From the IMG/VR virus record IMGVR_UViG_3300017777_001634, positions 1 through 35,236 of that record: 35,236 bases of DNA; one strand, 5' to 3'. Source of the stretch: a virus (lineage: Duplodnaviria; Caudoviricetes). Below are positions 35,230-35,236 of this stretch, one piece after another. The translations under genes and the position numbers were made by a program. Each line of letters opens with the position of its first letter. The first letter of the stretch is position 1. The notes below the pieces were generated by a model. It was not told the DNA's origin. It made no database searches and saw nothing but the letters and a program-made list of their open reading frames with translations.

Positions 35230-35236
35230 CAGAACA

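Larger units (their letters stand above)
1..35236 (-). mobile_element. Tailed bacteriophage genome segment (packaging, head, tail, lysis and ejection modules; podovirus-like)
   Basis: terS-terL-portal-scaffold-capsid-adaptor-fibre-endolysin-nozzle-ejection gene order, all co-oriented and tightly packed. No host housekeeping genes, integrase or tape measure in the window. Confidence 0.97.

Noticed and set aside
1-35236. tRNA/rRNA genes, integrase or att site, alternative genetic code
   Set aside because: No cloverleaf or rRNA-like sequence was seen in the few intergenic gaps, no recombinase is present, and genes are intact and densely packed under the standard code.

Overview
The window is the virion-morphogenesis and lysis arm of a tailed dsDNA phage (Caudoviricetes, podovirus-like: no tail tube, sheath or tape-measure gene is recognisable). 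About 36 tightly packed genes lie on the minus strand, many with ATGA/TAATG overlaps. In transcription order (right to left): terminase small and large subunits, portal, an 875-aa multi-segment protein, a 445-aa basic GG-motif protein, GroES-like co-chaperonin, scaffold, capsid accessory proteins, major capsid protein, small basic proteins, head-tail adaptor, a run of tail-fibre genes, a lysis cassette (holin-like genes plus DUF3380 N-acetylmuramidase), tail adaptor and nozzle, a 204-aa duplicated-domain protein, a GNAT-like protein, a 1673-aa ejection-type protein, and a truncated gene with a 24-bp tandem repeat. The most unusual signals: (1) the non-coding right end holds three bacterial chromosomal parS palindromes around three tandem near-consensus sigma-54 (-24/-12) sites, next to an AT-rich 23-bp repeat and a G4 motif; (2) a [F/Y/H/R/L/M]-[A/K]-x-G-G motif, often paired, recurs about 30 times in five otherwise unrelated proteins and suggests a motif-directed processing or packaging system; (3) the 1673-aa protein has two internal S74 self-cleaving chaperone domains; (4) there are structured RNA leaders in the head operon, including an H-type pseudoknot. 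All product calls come from motif recognition and gene order by eye. No searches or folding programs were run.
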